Below, in pieces: positions 1-11,609 of a DNA stretch of 64,000 nt. The stretch is from Takakia lepidozioides. Its lineage: Eukaryota; Plantae; Bryophyta. The translations under genes and the position numbers were made by a program. Each line of letters starts with the position of its first letter. Within the stretch, counting starts at the first letter, position 1. Where the stretch lies: the NCBI GenBank assembly GCA_030704615.1, contig CM060731.1, positions 38,626,001 to 38,690,000 of the forward strand, read 5' to 3'. The notes under the pieces are model-generated. The model did not search any database. It was given only the letters and a program-made list of their open reading frames with translations, and was not told the origin of the DNA.

Positions 1-907
1 GCGTGCCTCAGAAATGGGAAACGCATCCGAGGCGGTTGCAGCTTTCGAAGGGCGACCTCAAAAGCGGAAGAAGCGTTGATGGGGACATCAACCTTGAAGC
101 GTGGGGGAGGAAATGCATGCTTAGCCCGGTTTAACTAGCTCAGGAATCCGATTGCAAAAACTTGTATTGTACAAATTTTGTTATAAATGAAATGGTTTCC
201 AATGTGTGCGTCCTATTTTGTTTGGAATGGTGATGCATGGTATGGTTGGCTAATGTGCAGAATGCATGCTAGCTTATAAAAGTGGGAGAGGTAAATTGGG
301 TTAATTGTGTATTTGCGCAGTGCCGAAATCGGGTGACTCCCACCCAAGGGGCACGGAACCTGCGCCTTCTTTGGGAGTTCACGTGCTAGTGCGCCCTAGC
401 GCGTGCGCGTACTATAACTGCGCTACCGAGGGGGTTGCCTTGTAGTGCGGGCTAACGCGGAAGCTACGTGCTTCCGTTCACGTACTATAATCGTGTAGCC
501 TCGGGACGAAGTCGTACTGCGGCTTCGGCGTGTTCCCGTACCTCAGGCCAGCATTCCAAGGCGGACCCAATTGTAGTGATTGGGGCGCACGGTTGGTTCA
601 AGGTTATCTTCTTAGTCAAAAAAAGGTTCAAGGAGAACCCTTGCTCAAGGTGATGCCAAAAAAGTGGCATCACAAGCGGTCACAAGCAAATGTTGTTGCA
701 GTAAGGCGATTTGATCCTGGCCGGGACTTGGAGGAAGTCGGCCGAACTAGCTAGTGGAGAGTAGAGTCAAGTGGGGGTTTGGTTCTTAGCCATGGGACGC
801 CATGGTGTGGAAACAAACTCCTTGATGTGGGACGCCACAACTTGGATGTTCGTTTCTACAAAATTGACAAGTCGATGAGGACATCGACCCCTGTTGGTAG
901 GGGTATG
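1..907 (+). mobile_element. 3' end of an upstream family-A Gypsy copy: chromodomain tail (stop 77-79), 3' UTR and PPT
   Basis: Closely matches 16861-17836 of the complete copy (…[11 protein letters not shown]). Ends in CTGTTGGTAGGGGTATG directly before the LTR TG. Has a ~70-bp deletion near 720. Confidence 0.9.
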
Positions 908-1612
908 TGTCGCGGCCCTTTGCCTTGAGGGCAGGGGGGGGGGACACAAGAGGGGCTGCCCCTGTGGTGGGGGCAGAGCGATAGGTACGGGGGCTGAAGC
1001 ACCCTTGAGTGCCCAAGGCACTCAAGGAGGCAGAGGCGCTCACTAGGTGGAGCCCCGCACACGGGTTGCGGTGGGGGGGGGCTCCACAAGGGGTGTGGTA
1101 GCTTAGCGGGACTTAGTGGGGGTGGCATAGGACTCACCATGGGGGGAGACCTCGAGGTGGGAGTCGTGGGGAGTCTTGGGACTCATCACGGTCCATTGGG
1201 CCGGTGAGTGGGCCAAGACTCACCGCGACTCACCACCGGGAATCGAGGGTTCGTGGTGGTTCGCCATAAAATGGCATGGCTGGTTGTGAAACCCCCGCGG
1301 ACAGCTACAGAAGTATATATAGGGAGTAGTAACCCCGAGAACGGTGCAAGCCCGTTGGTGACCAAAAACTAGTGAGTAATCGTGCGAGCCGGAAAGCGAC
1401 CAAAGAGTGGGAGCTGTTCCGGACTGCCAACCAAAGGGAATTCCCCTGGTTCCAAATCGGTGGAGGGTCTTTGGGAACAAAGGGGGACCGTTATGCCCCG
1501 GTGAGCAGCCGAAGCTCCAAGTTGGCCCGGCGGCCAGGTTGGGAGTCAGGCGCGCGCATCAAAGCGGTAACTATGACTTGAAGGGGAGTTTACCGAAGTG
1601 AGGTGCGCGACA
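908..1612 (+). repeat. Family-A LTR1 (subtype alpha)
   Basis: TGTCGCG...CGCGACA terminal inverted repeat. PPT before, PBS after. TATA-like GTATATATAGGG near 1313. Confidence 0.95.
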
Positions 1613-1614
1613 TT

Positions 1615-1626
1615 TGGTATCAGAGC
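1615..1626 (+). promoter_or_regulatory. Primer-binding site complementary to initiator tRNA-Met (also at 6970, 12336, and 25446-25457 on the minus strand)
   Basis: TGGTATCAGAGC located 1-2 nt after the LTR CA end. Confidence 0.92.
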
Positions 1627-1667
1627 TTAGAGTTCAGTACGCGATCGTCCTTGGGATCGGCCTCATC

Positions 1668-4600
1668 ATGGGGTCGGGCAAGCCGAAGCGAAAGCGGAAC
1701 GGCCAAAAGATGATGATCCCGGTGAGCCCGATGGGGGCGACGTGTCACCGAGGCGGCCGTTTGAGGAAGCGATGAATGTTTCGAAAACGAGGCCGCTCAA
1801 GAGCGGGAGGAATCCGAGGAGTCGGAGCCCGAGGAATCCTGAGAGCTCCGACAAACCAAGAGATGCCTCCCATGCCGGCAGCCTTTTGGGAAGGGTTGTT
1901 GGCGCAGTTTGGCGGGACGTTGAAAGACGTGTTGAAGGCGGCTAATGCCACTTCCACTAAGGCAAAGTTTAAGGTGAAGCCTAAGGAACCCGGCACCTTC
2001 GAGGGCGTCGAAACCGGAAGGCACTCAACACCTGGCTCCTGGAGCTAGAGCAGTACTTCCGGGCGGCCAAGTTGAGTGACGAGGATCGGGTGGAAGTGGC
2101 TCCCACCTATTGAGGGGCTATGCTCAACAATGGTGGCAGAAACGCCTTCACGACCGAGGTCCAAGCCCGGAAACCTTGAACTGGAGTGGGTTCAAGGAAT
2201 TGATGAAGAGACAGTTTGTGCCCCTCAACGCGTCCTGGCTTGCCCGGGACAAGATGAGGAATTTGAAGCAAACAGATGACATTCGGGGGTATGTCAGGCT
2301 TTCAATGTGCTGTTGCTCGAAGTCGCGGACATGGCAGAACCAGAAATGGTCTTCAACTTGTGGCGGGACTGGCCCCATGGGCCAGGCGGAAGTTGGAGGA
2401 GAAGCCACCCAAGACTTTGAACGAGGCAATTGAGAGGGCTGAATGTTTCTCGGATGTCCCTAGGGGTGAGAGACAAGGCCGTACGGAGCTGAACCACAAG
2501 AAGACCCGCGGGAAGGTGACTCCTCCCGACCGGAAAAGAAGTGGGATAGGCCACGCGGCGACAATGGCATGTGGAAATCGAAGGGAGGGCCTTCACACGT
2601 CAAGGCGGCACCCGGTGCTTCGAAAGGAAAAGCGGGTGGAGCGGGTTATGGCGGACAGAAGGCGACCTTTGATGGAGTGTGTTTCAATTGCGGGGAGCCC
2701 GGGCACATGGCCAAGAAGTGCACGAAAACCCGACAATTGAACATGACTCGGGCAACCACGGAGCTGTCGGAAGATACCATCAGTCGCTTGGTGGAAGCGG
2801 TGGTCGCCAGGACTTGCAAGGTAGGCAATTATTCTTGTGAGTTGTATCAGGAAACTGGCGCCCTGCGTAAAGGGAGTCAGTTATGTTCGTGGATGGGATA
2901 ATATCCGGAACTAACGTGTGTTGTTGGTGGACACAGGAGCGTCGCACTCCTTCATGACGCCGCGGCGGCGCGAAAGTTGGGACTCCCGACAAGTGACGTG
3001 GGGGCCTCTATTGAGGTGCGTTCTGCCAAAGGAGAACCACATTGGCGACAAGGTTGGCGTTTGATGTTCCTCTTCAACTGGGGAGTTGGAGGGACGTGAG
3101 AACTTCACCCATCTGCGAGATCGATGGAGTGGATCTCATTTTGGGGATGACCTTTTTGAGCAAATCCGGAGCGGTCATAGATGGCCGCAAGAGAGTAGTC
3201 ACGCTGCCATGTGGGAATGGTGGGCGAGGCTTACGAGTGTCGGAAACGCCCAAATCCGTGGGAGGGCGAATAAACCTTCTGTCAGCAAGGAGTGGGCCGT
3301 GGAGGAGGCACACGAGCCCCAGTTTTTGCTTTACATTAGAGAAGTGAAGGGAGAAGGCGATGGGGAGCCGAGCCCAGATTGGATCAAGGGGATTTTGGAG
3401 AAATACCAGGATGTGATGCCGGAGGATTTACCAAGCGGCTTGCCACCGCGAAGAGGAGTTGACCACAAGATTGAGGTGATACCGGGATCGGAACCGCCTG
3501 CCAAGGCACCCTACCGGTTGAGCCACAGAGAGTTGGTCGAGCTGAAGACTCAGCTCAAGGATCTAATGTCAAAGGGGTACATCCGGCCGAGTAAGTCACC
3601 TTACGGAGCCCCGGTGCTATTCGCAGACAAGAAGGATGGGACGCTGCGGATGTGTCGATTACAGGGCTTTGAATAAGGTGACTATCAAAAACCGGTACCC
3701 TTTGCCAAGGATCGACGACCTTTTCGATCGGTTGGCAGGAGCGAAGTATTTCAGCCGGATCGACTTGCGCTCCGGCTATCATCAAATTCGGGTGGCGGAA
3801 GGAGATGAGGAGAAGACCGCGTGCAGGACAAGGTATGGTTCATATGAGTTCTTGGTGATGCCTTTTGGGCTCACCAATGCACCAGCGACATTTAGCACGC
3901 TGATGAACAGCCTTTTTCAGGAGTGGTTGGATGACTTTGTGATCGTGTACATCGACGACATCTTGGTGTACTCAAAAACAAAGGAGGAGCACCTGGAGCA
4001 CCTCAAAAGGGTGTTCCAAAAATTGCGGGAAGGGAAGCTGTATGCCAAAGCTTCAAAGTGCGAATTCGGGGTCACGAAAGTGGAGTTCTTGGGGCATGTG
4101 ATTACACAGGATGGGATCAAAATGGATGACAGAAAGGTGAGGGCGATCTTGGACTGGGAGCCTCCGACTTCGGTCCGGGAGTGCGATCCTTCCTAGGACT
4201 CGCCTCCTATTACCGGAAGTATGTGAGAAATTTCGCCAAGATCGCGGGGCCGCTGTCAGACCTTCTGTGTAAATCAAAGTCTGGGCATGGAACACCTTTT
4301 GTGGCCAAGCTTTTGCTGAATTGAAGCAGCGGATGGCGGAAGCTCCAGTCTTGAAAATCCCGGAGTTCGATCGTCCGTTCGAGATTCATACAGATGCGTC
4401 GGACTTCGCGATTGGGGGTGTACTGATGCAAGATGGACGTCCAGTGGCTTACGAAAGTAAGAAACTGAATGAAGTGGAGCGACGGTGGCCGACGCACGAG
4501 AAAGAGATGAAGGCGGTGGTGCATTGTCTTGAGCTTTGGCGCCACTATGTTGGTTCCAACCCAGTGAAGGGTTTCACGGACAATGTCACGGTGAAGTATT

Positions 4601-6143
4601 TTGCCACGCAGCCCAAGTTGTCCCAAAACAACTTAGGTGGCAAGATACTTTGGCAGTGTTCGACGTGGATATCCAGTACAAACCGGGACAAGACAACGTG
4701 GTGGCCGATGCTTTAAGTAGAAAGCAGCAGCTCTTGTTGGTGTACAAGGGCGAGACGGCGCTCCAAAGGAAGATCCGGAAGGCTTGCCGGAAGGATGAGC
4801 TGGCGAAGTCCGTGATGCAGGACTTGAGGATGGGGGTTAAATCGCAGTTCCACTTGCAAAATGGACTGCTCCGGTATAAGCAAAAGCGTCTACGTGCCGA
4901 AGGGAGGGATCAGAGATAGCCTCTTGAGAGAATGCCATGATAGCCCGCTTGCGGGCCACGGCGGAGCCAAGCGCACTGCGGCACTCTTGAAGAAAGAGTA
5001 TTTCTGGCCAAACTGAGGGAGGAGGCAGAGGAGTATGTCAAGACATGCACCACATGCCAACAAAACCGGAGCGAGTACAAAAAGCAAGCGGGGCTGTTAC
5101 AACCCTTGCCGATTCCAGAGGGGACTTGGGAAAGCGTCTCGATGGATTTCATGACTGCTATGCCGCTGTCAAAAGGATTCGATGCAATCATGGTGGTGGT
5201 GGATATGTTCAGTAAAATGGGCCATTTCATCCCCACCAAGGAGACGGCAAGCAGGAGACAGGGCGACTTTACTTCGCCCACTTAAAGCATCATGGAGTCC
5301 CGAAGGATATTGTTCGGACCGCGATCCAAAGTTTACGAGTAAATTTTGGAGGGCACTTTGGAAGAAGATGGGGACGAGGCTGAAGATGAGCACCGCCTTC
5401 CGACCTACGACCGACGCCAAACGAAAGAGTGAATTCCGTAGTGAAGCAGATCTTGCGGAATTACGTGTCGGCAGACCAAACAGACTGGTGGAACACTTAG
5501 ACGCGGCAGAGTTTGTTATAATAACACAGAACACTCCACAACGGAGTTTCCCCTTTGTATTGGTCTATGGAAAAGCACCTCTGGTGCCGACAAGTTGGGC
5601 CGCCCAGGACGTTGAGGAACGGCAGTAGCGGTGGTACTGGAAGAACGCGAGCGTTTGTTGAAGCTCGCAAAGTACAACATTGCCAAAGCTAGGAAACGGT
5701 ATGAAAGGCAGGCGAATCGGAAGCGGAGGGGGAAGTGAAGTTTGAGGCAGGCAAGAGGTCTGGTTGAACATCAAGAATTTCCGACTACTCCGGAAGTGAG
5801 TCCGAATTTGTACCTCCGTATGCGGGACCCTTTTCGGAAGGTATGAATGAGGATGTGTATGAATTGGAGCTGCCGGCAAACAGCAAGGTGCACCCAGTAT
5901 TCCATGTCTCCCTTTGAAGCCTTACTTCAAAGATGAAGCGCGTCCGAATCGGAGTGTTGCGTCCGCCACCTATGTTGTTGGATCATGAAATGAACTGAGT
6001 ACGAGGTGGAGGCAATACTTAAGTCGAGGAGGTTCAAGAACCGAGAAACTGAGATCTCGTCAATGGAAGGGTATCATCATGTGGAATCTTGGGTGCGTGC
6101 CTCAGAAATTCCGATTGCAGCTTTCGAGGGCGTCAAAAGCAAG
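1668..6143 (+). pseudogene. Family-A gag-pol copy 1 (gag, zinc knuckle, protease, RT, RNase H, integrase, degraded chromodomain), frameshifted
   Basis: [41 protein letters not shown] and SMDF motifs spread over several frames. Confidence 0.9.
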
Positions 6144-6248
6144 CGGACATCAACCTTGGAGGTGGGGGAGGAAATGCATGCTTAGCCCGGCTTAGCTAGT
6201 AGGAATCCGTTGCTATTGTGAGAAAGGATTCCAAATGTTGTGGTCCCC

Positions 6249-6968
6249 TGTCGCGGCCCTTTGCCTTGAGGGCAGGGGGTCGGGACACATGAGGGGCTGC
6301 CCCTGTGGTGGGGGCAGCGGCACGATAGGTATGGGGGGCTGAAGCACCCTTGAGTGCCCAAGGCACTCAAGGAGGCGGAGGCGCTCACTAGGTGGAGCCC
6401 CGCACACCGGGTTGCGGTGGGGTGGCTCCACAAGGGGGTGGTAGCTTAGTGGGACTTAGTGGGGGTGGCATAGGACTCACCATGGGGGCGGAGACCTCGA
6501 GGTGGGAGTCGTGGGGAGTCTTGGGACTCATCACGGTCCATTGGGGCCGCGGTGAGTGGGCCAAGACTCACCGCGACTCACCACCGGGAGTCGAGGGTTT
6601 CGTGGTGGTTCGCCATAAAATGGCATGGCTGGTTATGAAACCCCGCGGACAGCTACAGAAGTATATATAGGGAGTAGTAGTAGTAACCCGAGAACGGTGC
6701 AAGCCCGTTGGTGACCAAAAACTAGTGAGTAAGCGAGCGAGCCGGAAAGCGACCAAAGAGTGGGGAGCTGTTCCGGACTGCCATCTACCAAAGGGAATTC
6801 CTAGTCCCAAATAGGTGGAGGGTTTTAGAGGAAGCGAAGGGGACCGTTATGTCCCGGTGAGTAGCCGAAACTCCAAGTTGGCCCGGCGGCCAGGTTGGGA
6901 GTCAGGCGCGCGCATCAAAGCGAGTAACTATGACTTGAAGGGGAGTTACCGAAGTGAGGTGCGCGACA
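6249..6968 (+). repeat. Family-A LTR2 (subtype beta)
   Basis: TGTCGCG...CGCGACA followed by a PBS. Not preceded by a PPT. Confidence 0.95.
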
Positions 6969-7022
6969 TTGGTATCAGAGCTTAGAGTTCAGTACGCGAT
7001 CGTCCTTGGGATTGGCCTCATC

Positions 7023-10000
7023 ATGGGGTCGGGCAAGCCGAAGCGAAAGCGGAACGGCCCAAAAGATGATGATCCGGTGAGCCCGATGGGGGCGACGTGT
7101 CACCGAGGCGGCCGTTTGAGGAAGCGATGAATGTTTCCGAAAACGAGGCGCTCAGAGCGGGAGGAATCCGAGGAGTCGGAGCCCGAGGAATCCTGAGAGC
7201 TCCGACAAACCAAGAGATGCCTCCCATGCCGGCAGCCTTTTGGGAAGGGTTGTTGGCGCAGTTGGCGGGACGTTGAAAGACGTGTTGAAGGCGGCTAATG
7301 CCACTTCCACTAAGGCAAAGTTTAAGGTGAAGCCTAAGGAACCCGGCACCTTCGAGGGCGTTCGAAACGGAAGGCACTCAACACCTGGCTCCTGGAGCTA
7401 GAGCAGTACTTCCGGGCGGCCAAGTTGAGTGACGAGGATCGGGTGGAAGTGGCTCCCACCTATTTGAGGGGCTATGCTCAACAATGGTGGCAGAAACGCC
7501 TTCACGACCGAGGCCCAAGCCCGGAAACCTTGAACTGGAGTGGGTTCAAGGAATTGATGAAGAGACAGTTTGTGCCCCTCAACGCATCCTGGCTTGCCCG
7601 GGACAAGATGAGGAATTTGAAGCAAACAGATGACATTCGGGGTATGTCCAGGCTTTCAATGTGCTGTTGCTCGAAGTCGCGGACATGGCAGAACCAGAAA
7701 TGGTCTTCAACTTTGTGGCGGGACTGGCCCCATGGGCCAGGCGGAAGTTGGAGGAGAAGCCACCCAAGACTTTGAACGAGGCAATTGAGAGGGCTGAATG
7801 TTTCTCGGATGTCCCTAGGGGTGAGAGACAAGGCCGTACGGAGCTGAACCACAAGAAGACCCGGCGGGAAGGTGACTCTCCGACCGGAAAAGAAGTGGGA
7901 TAGGCCACGCGGCGAAAATGGCACGTGGAAATCGAAGGGAGGGCCTTCACACGTCAAGGCGGCACCCGGTGCTTCGAAAGGAAAAGCGGGTGGAGCGGCT
8001 TATGGCGGACAGAAGGCGACCTTTGATGGAGTGTGTTTCAATTGCGGGGAGCCCGGGCACATGGCCAAGAAGTGCACGAAGCCCGGCAATTGAACATGAC
8101 TCGGGCGACCACGGAGCTGTCGGAAGATACCATCAGTCGCTTGGTGGAAGCGGTGGTCGCCAGGACTTGCAAGGTAGGCAAATTCTTGTGAGTTGTATCA
8201 GGAAACTGGCGCCTTGCGTAAAGGGAGTCAGTTATTGTTCGTGGATGGGATAATATCCGGAACTAACGTGTCGTTGTTGGTGGACACAGGAGCGTCGCAC
8301 TCCTTCATGACGCCGGCGGCGGCGCGAAAGTTGGGACTCCCGACAAGTGACGTGGGGGCCTCTATTGAGGTGCGTTCTGCCAAAGGAGAACCAAGTTGGC
8401 GACAAGGTTGGCGTTTGATGTTCCTCTTCAACTGGGGAGTTGGGAGGGACGTGAGAACTTCACCATCTGCGAGATCGATGGAGTGGATCTCATTTTGGGG
8501 ATGACCTTTTTGAGCAAATCCGGAGCGGTCATAGATGGCCGCAAGAGAGTAGTCACGCTGCCATGTGGGAATGGTGGCGAGGTTACGAGTGTCGGAAACG
8601 CCCAAATCCGTGGGAGGGCGAATAAACCTTCTGTCAGCAAGGAGTGGGCCGTGGAGGAGGCACACGAGCCCCAGTTTTTGCTTTACATTAGAGAAGTGAA
8701 GGGGAAGGCGATGGGGAGCCGAGCCCAGATTGGATCAAGGGGATTTTGGAGAAATACCAGGATGTGATGCCGGAGGATTTACCAAGCGGCTTGCCACCGC
8801 GAAGAGGAGTTGACCACAAGATTGAGGTGATACCGGGATCGGAACCGCCTGCCAAGGCGCCCTACCGGTTGAGCCACAGAGAGTTGGTCGAGCTGAAGAC
8901 TCAGCTCAAGGATCTAATGTCAAAGGGGTACATCCGGCCGAGTAAGTCACCTTACGGAGCCCCGGTGCTATTGCAGACAAGAAGGATGGGACGCTGCGGA
9001 TGTGTGTCGATTACAGGGCTCTGAATAAGGTGACTATAAAAACCGGTACCCTTTGCCAAGGATCGACGACCTTTTCGATCGGTTGGCAGGAGCGAAGTAT
9101 TTCAGCCGGATCGACTTGCGCTCCGGCTATCATCAAATTCGGGTGGCGGAAGGAGATGAGGAGAAGACCGCTGCAGGACAAGGTATGGTTCATATGAGTT
9201 CTTGGTGATGCCTTTTGGGCTCACCAATGCACCAGCGACCTTTAGCACGCTGATGAACAGCCTTTTCCAGGAGTGGTTGGATGACTTTGTGATCGTGTAC
9301 ATCGACGACATCTTGGTGTACTCGAAAACAAAGGAGGAGCACCTGGAGCACCTCAAAAGGGTGTCCCAAAAATTGCGGGAAGGGAAGCTGTATGCCAAAG
9401 CTTCAAAGTGCGAATTCGGGGTCACAAAAGTGGAGTTCTTGGGGCAGTGATTACACAGGATGGGATCAAAATGGATGACAGAAAGGTGAGGGCGATCTTG
9501 GACTGGGAGCCCGACTTCGGTCCCGGGAGTGCGATCCTTCCTAGGACTCGCCTCCTATTACCGGAAGTATGTGAGAAATTTCGCCAAGATCGCGGGGCCG
9601 TGTCAGACCTTCTGTGTAAATCCAAAGTCTGGGCATGGAACACATTTTGTGGCCAAGCTTTTGCTGAATTGAAGCAGCGGATGGCGGAAGCTCCAGTCTT
9701 GAAAATCCCGGAGTTCGATCGTCCGTTCGAGATTCATACAGATGCGTCGGACTTCGCGATTGGGGGTGTACTGATGCAAGATGGACGTCCAGTGGCTTAC
9801 GAAAGTAAGAAACTGAATGAAGTGGAGCGACGGTGGCCGACGCACGAGAAAGAGATGAAGGCGGTGGTGCACTGTCTTGAGCTTTGGCGCCACTATGTTG
9901 GTTCCAACCCAGTGAAGGTGTTCACGGACAATGTCACGGTGTGAAGTATTTTGCCACGCAGCCAAGTTGTCCCCAAAACAACTTAGGTGGCAAGATACTT

Positions 10001-11510
10001 TGGCAGTGTTCGACGTGGATATCCAGTACAAACCGGGACGGGACAACGTGGTGGCCGATGCTTTAAGTAAAGCAGCAGCTCTTGTTGGTGTACAAGGGCG
10101 AGACGGCGCTCCAAAGGAAGATCCGGAAGGCTTGCCGGAAGGATGAGCTGGCGAAGTCCGTGATGCAGGACTTGAGGATGGGGGTTAAATCAGTTCCACT
10201 TGCAAAATGGACTGCTCCGGTATAAGCAAAAGCGTCTCTACGTGAAGGGAGGGATCAGAGATAGCCTCTTGAGAGAATGCCATGATAGCCCGCTTGCGGG
10301 CCACGGCGGAGCCAAGCGCACTGCGGCACTCTTGAAGAAAGAGTATTCTGGCCCAAACTGAGGGAGGAGGCAGAGGAGTATGTCAAGACATGCACCACAT
10401 GCCAACAAAACCGGAGCGAGTACAAAAAGCAAGCGGGGCTGTTACAACCCTTGCCGATTCCAGAGGGGACTTGGGAAAGCGTCTCGATGGATTTCATGAC
10501 TGCTATGCCGCTGTCAAAAGGATTCGATGCAATCATGGTGGTGGTGGATAGGTTCAGTAAAATGGGCCATTTCATCCCCACCAAGGAGACGGCAACGGCG
10601 CAGGAGACAGGGCGACTTTACTTCGCCCACGTCTTAAAGCATCATGGAGTCCCGAAGGATATTGTCGGACCGCGATCCAAAGTTTACGAGTAAATTTGGA
10701 GGCACTTTGGAAGAAGATGGGGACGAGGCTGAAGATGAGCACCGCCTTCCGACCTACGACCGACGGCCCAAAAAGAAAGAGTGAATTCGTAGTGTGAAGC
10801 AGATCTTGCGGAATTACGTGTCGGCAGACCAAACAGACTGGGTGGAACACTTAGACGCGGCAGAGTTCTGTTATAATAACACAGAACACTCCGCAACGGG
10901 AGTTTCCCCTTTCGTATTGGTCTATGGAAAAGCACCTCTGGTGCCGACAAGTTGGGCCGCCCAGGACGTTGAGGAACCGGCAGTAGCGGCGGTACTGGAA
11001 GAACGCGAGCGTTTGTTGAAGCTCGCAAAGTACAACATTGCCAAAGCTAGGAAACGGTATGAAAGGCAGGCGAATCGGAAGCGGAGGGAAGTGAAGTTTG
11101 AGGCAGGCACAGAGGTCTGGTTGAACATCAAGAATTTCCGACTACCTCGGAAGTGAGTCCGAAGTTCGTACCTCCGTATGCGGGACCCTTTCGCATTCGG
11201 AAGGTTATGAATGAGGATGTGTATGAATTGGAGCTGCCGGCAAACAGCAAGGTGCACCCAGTATTCCATGTCTCCCTTTGAAGCCTTACTTCAAAGATGA
11301 AGCGCGTCCGAATCGGCATCAAGTGTTGCGTCCGCCACCTATGTGTTGGATCATGAAAATGAACCTGAGTACGAGGTGGAGGCAATACTTAAGTCGGGGT
11401 TCAAGAACCGAGAAACGGAGTATCTCGTCAAATGGAAGGGTATCATCATGTGGAGGCATCTTGGGTGCGTGCCTCAGAAATGGGCCACAGCTTTCGAAGG
11501 CGACTGAATG
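7023..11510 (+). pseudogene. Family-A gag-pol copy 2, frameshifted, 3' UTR truncated
   Basis: Same motifs as copy 1 and shares copy-1 diagnostic bases (e.g. GGGCATGG, ATGGCGGAAG). Confidence 0.9.
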
Positions 11511-11609
11511 ATGGGGACATCCTTGGATGGGGGAGGAAATGCATCTTAGCCGGCTTAGCTAGCTCCGATGCAAAAACTTGATTGTACGATTCCAAATCCG
11601 CATGGTATG

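Noticed and set aside
468-1601. Many short ORFs in the LTRs and 3' UTR, recurring in each copy
   Set aside because: GC-rich repeat sequence with frames not conserved between copies and no recognisable domains.
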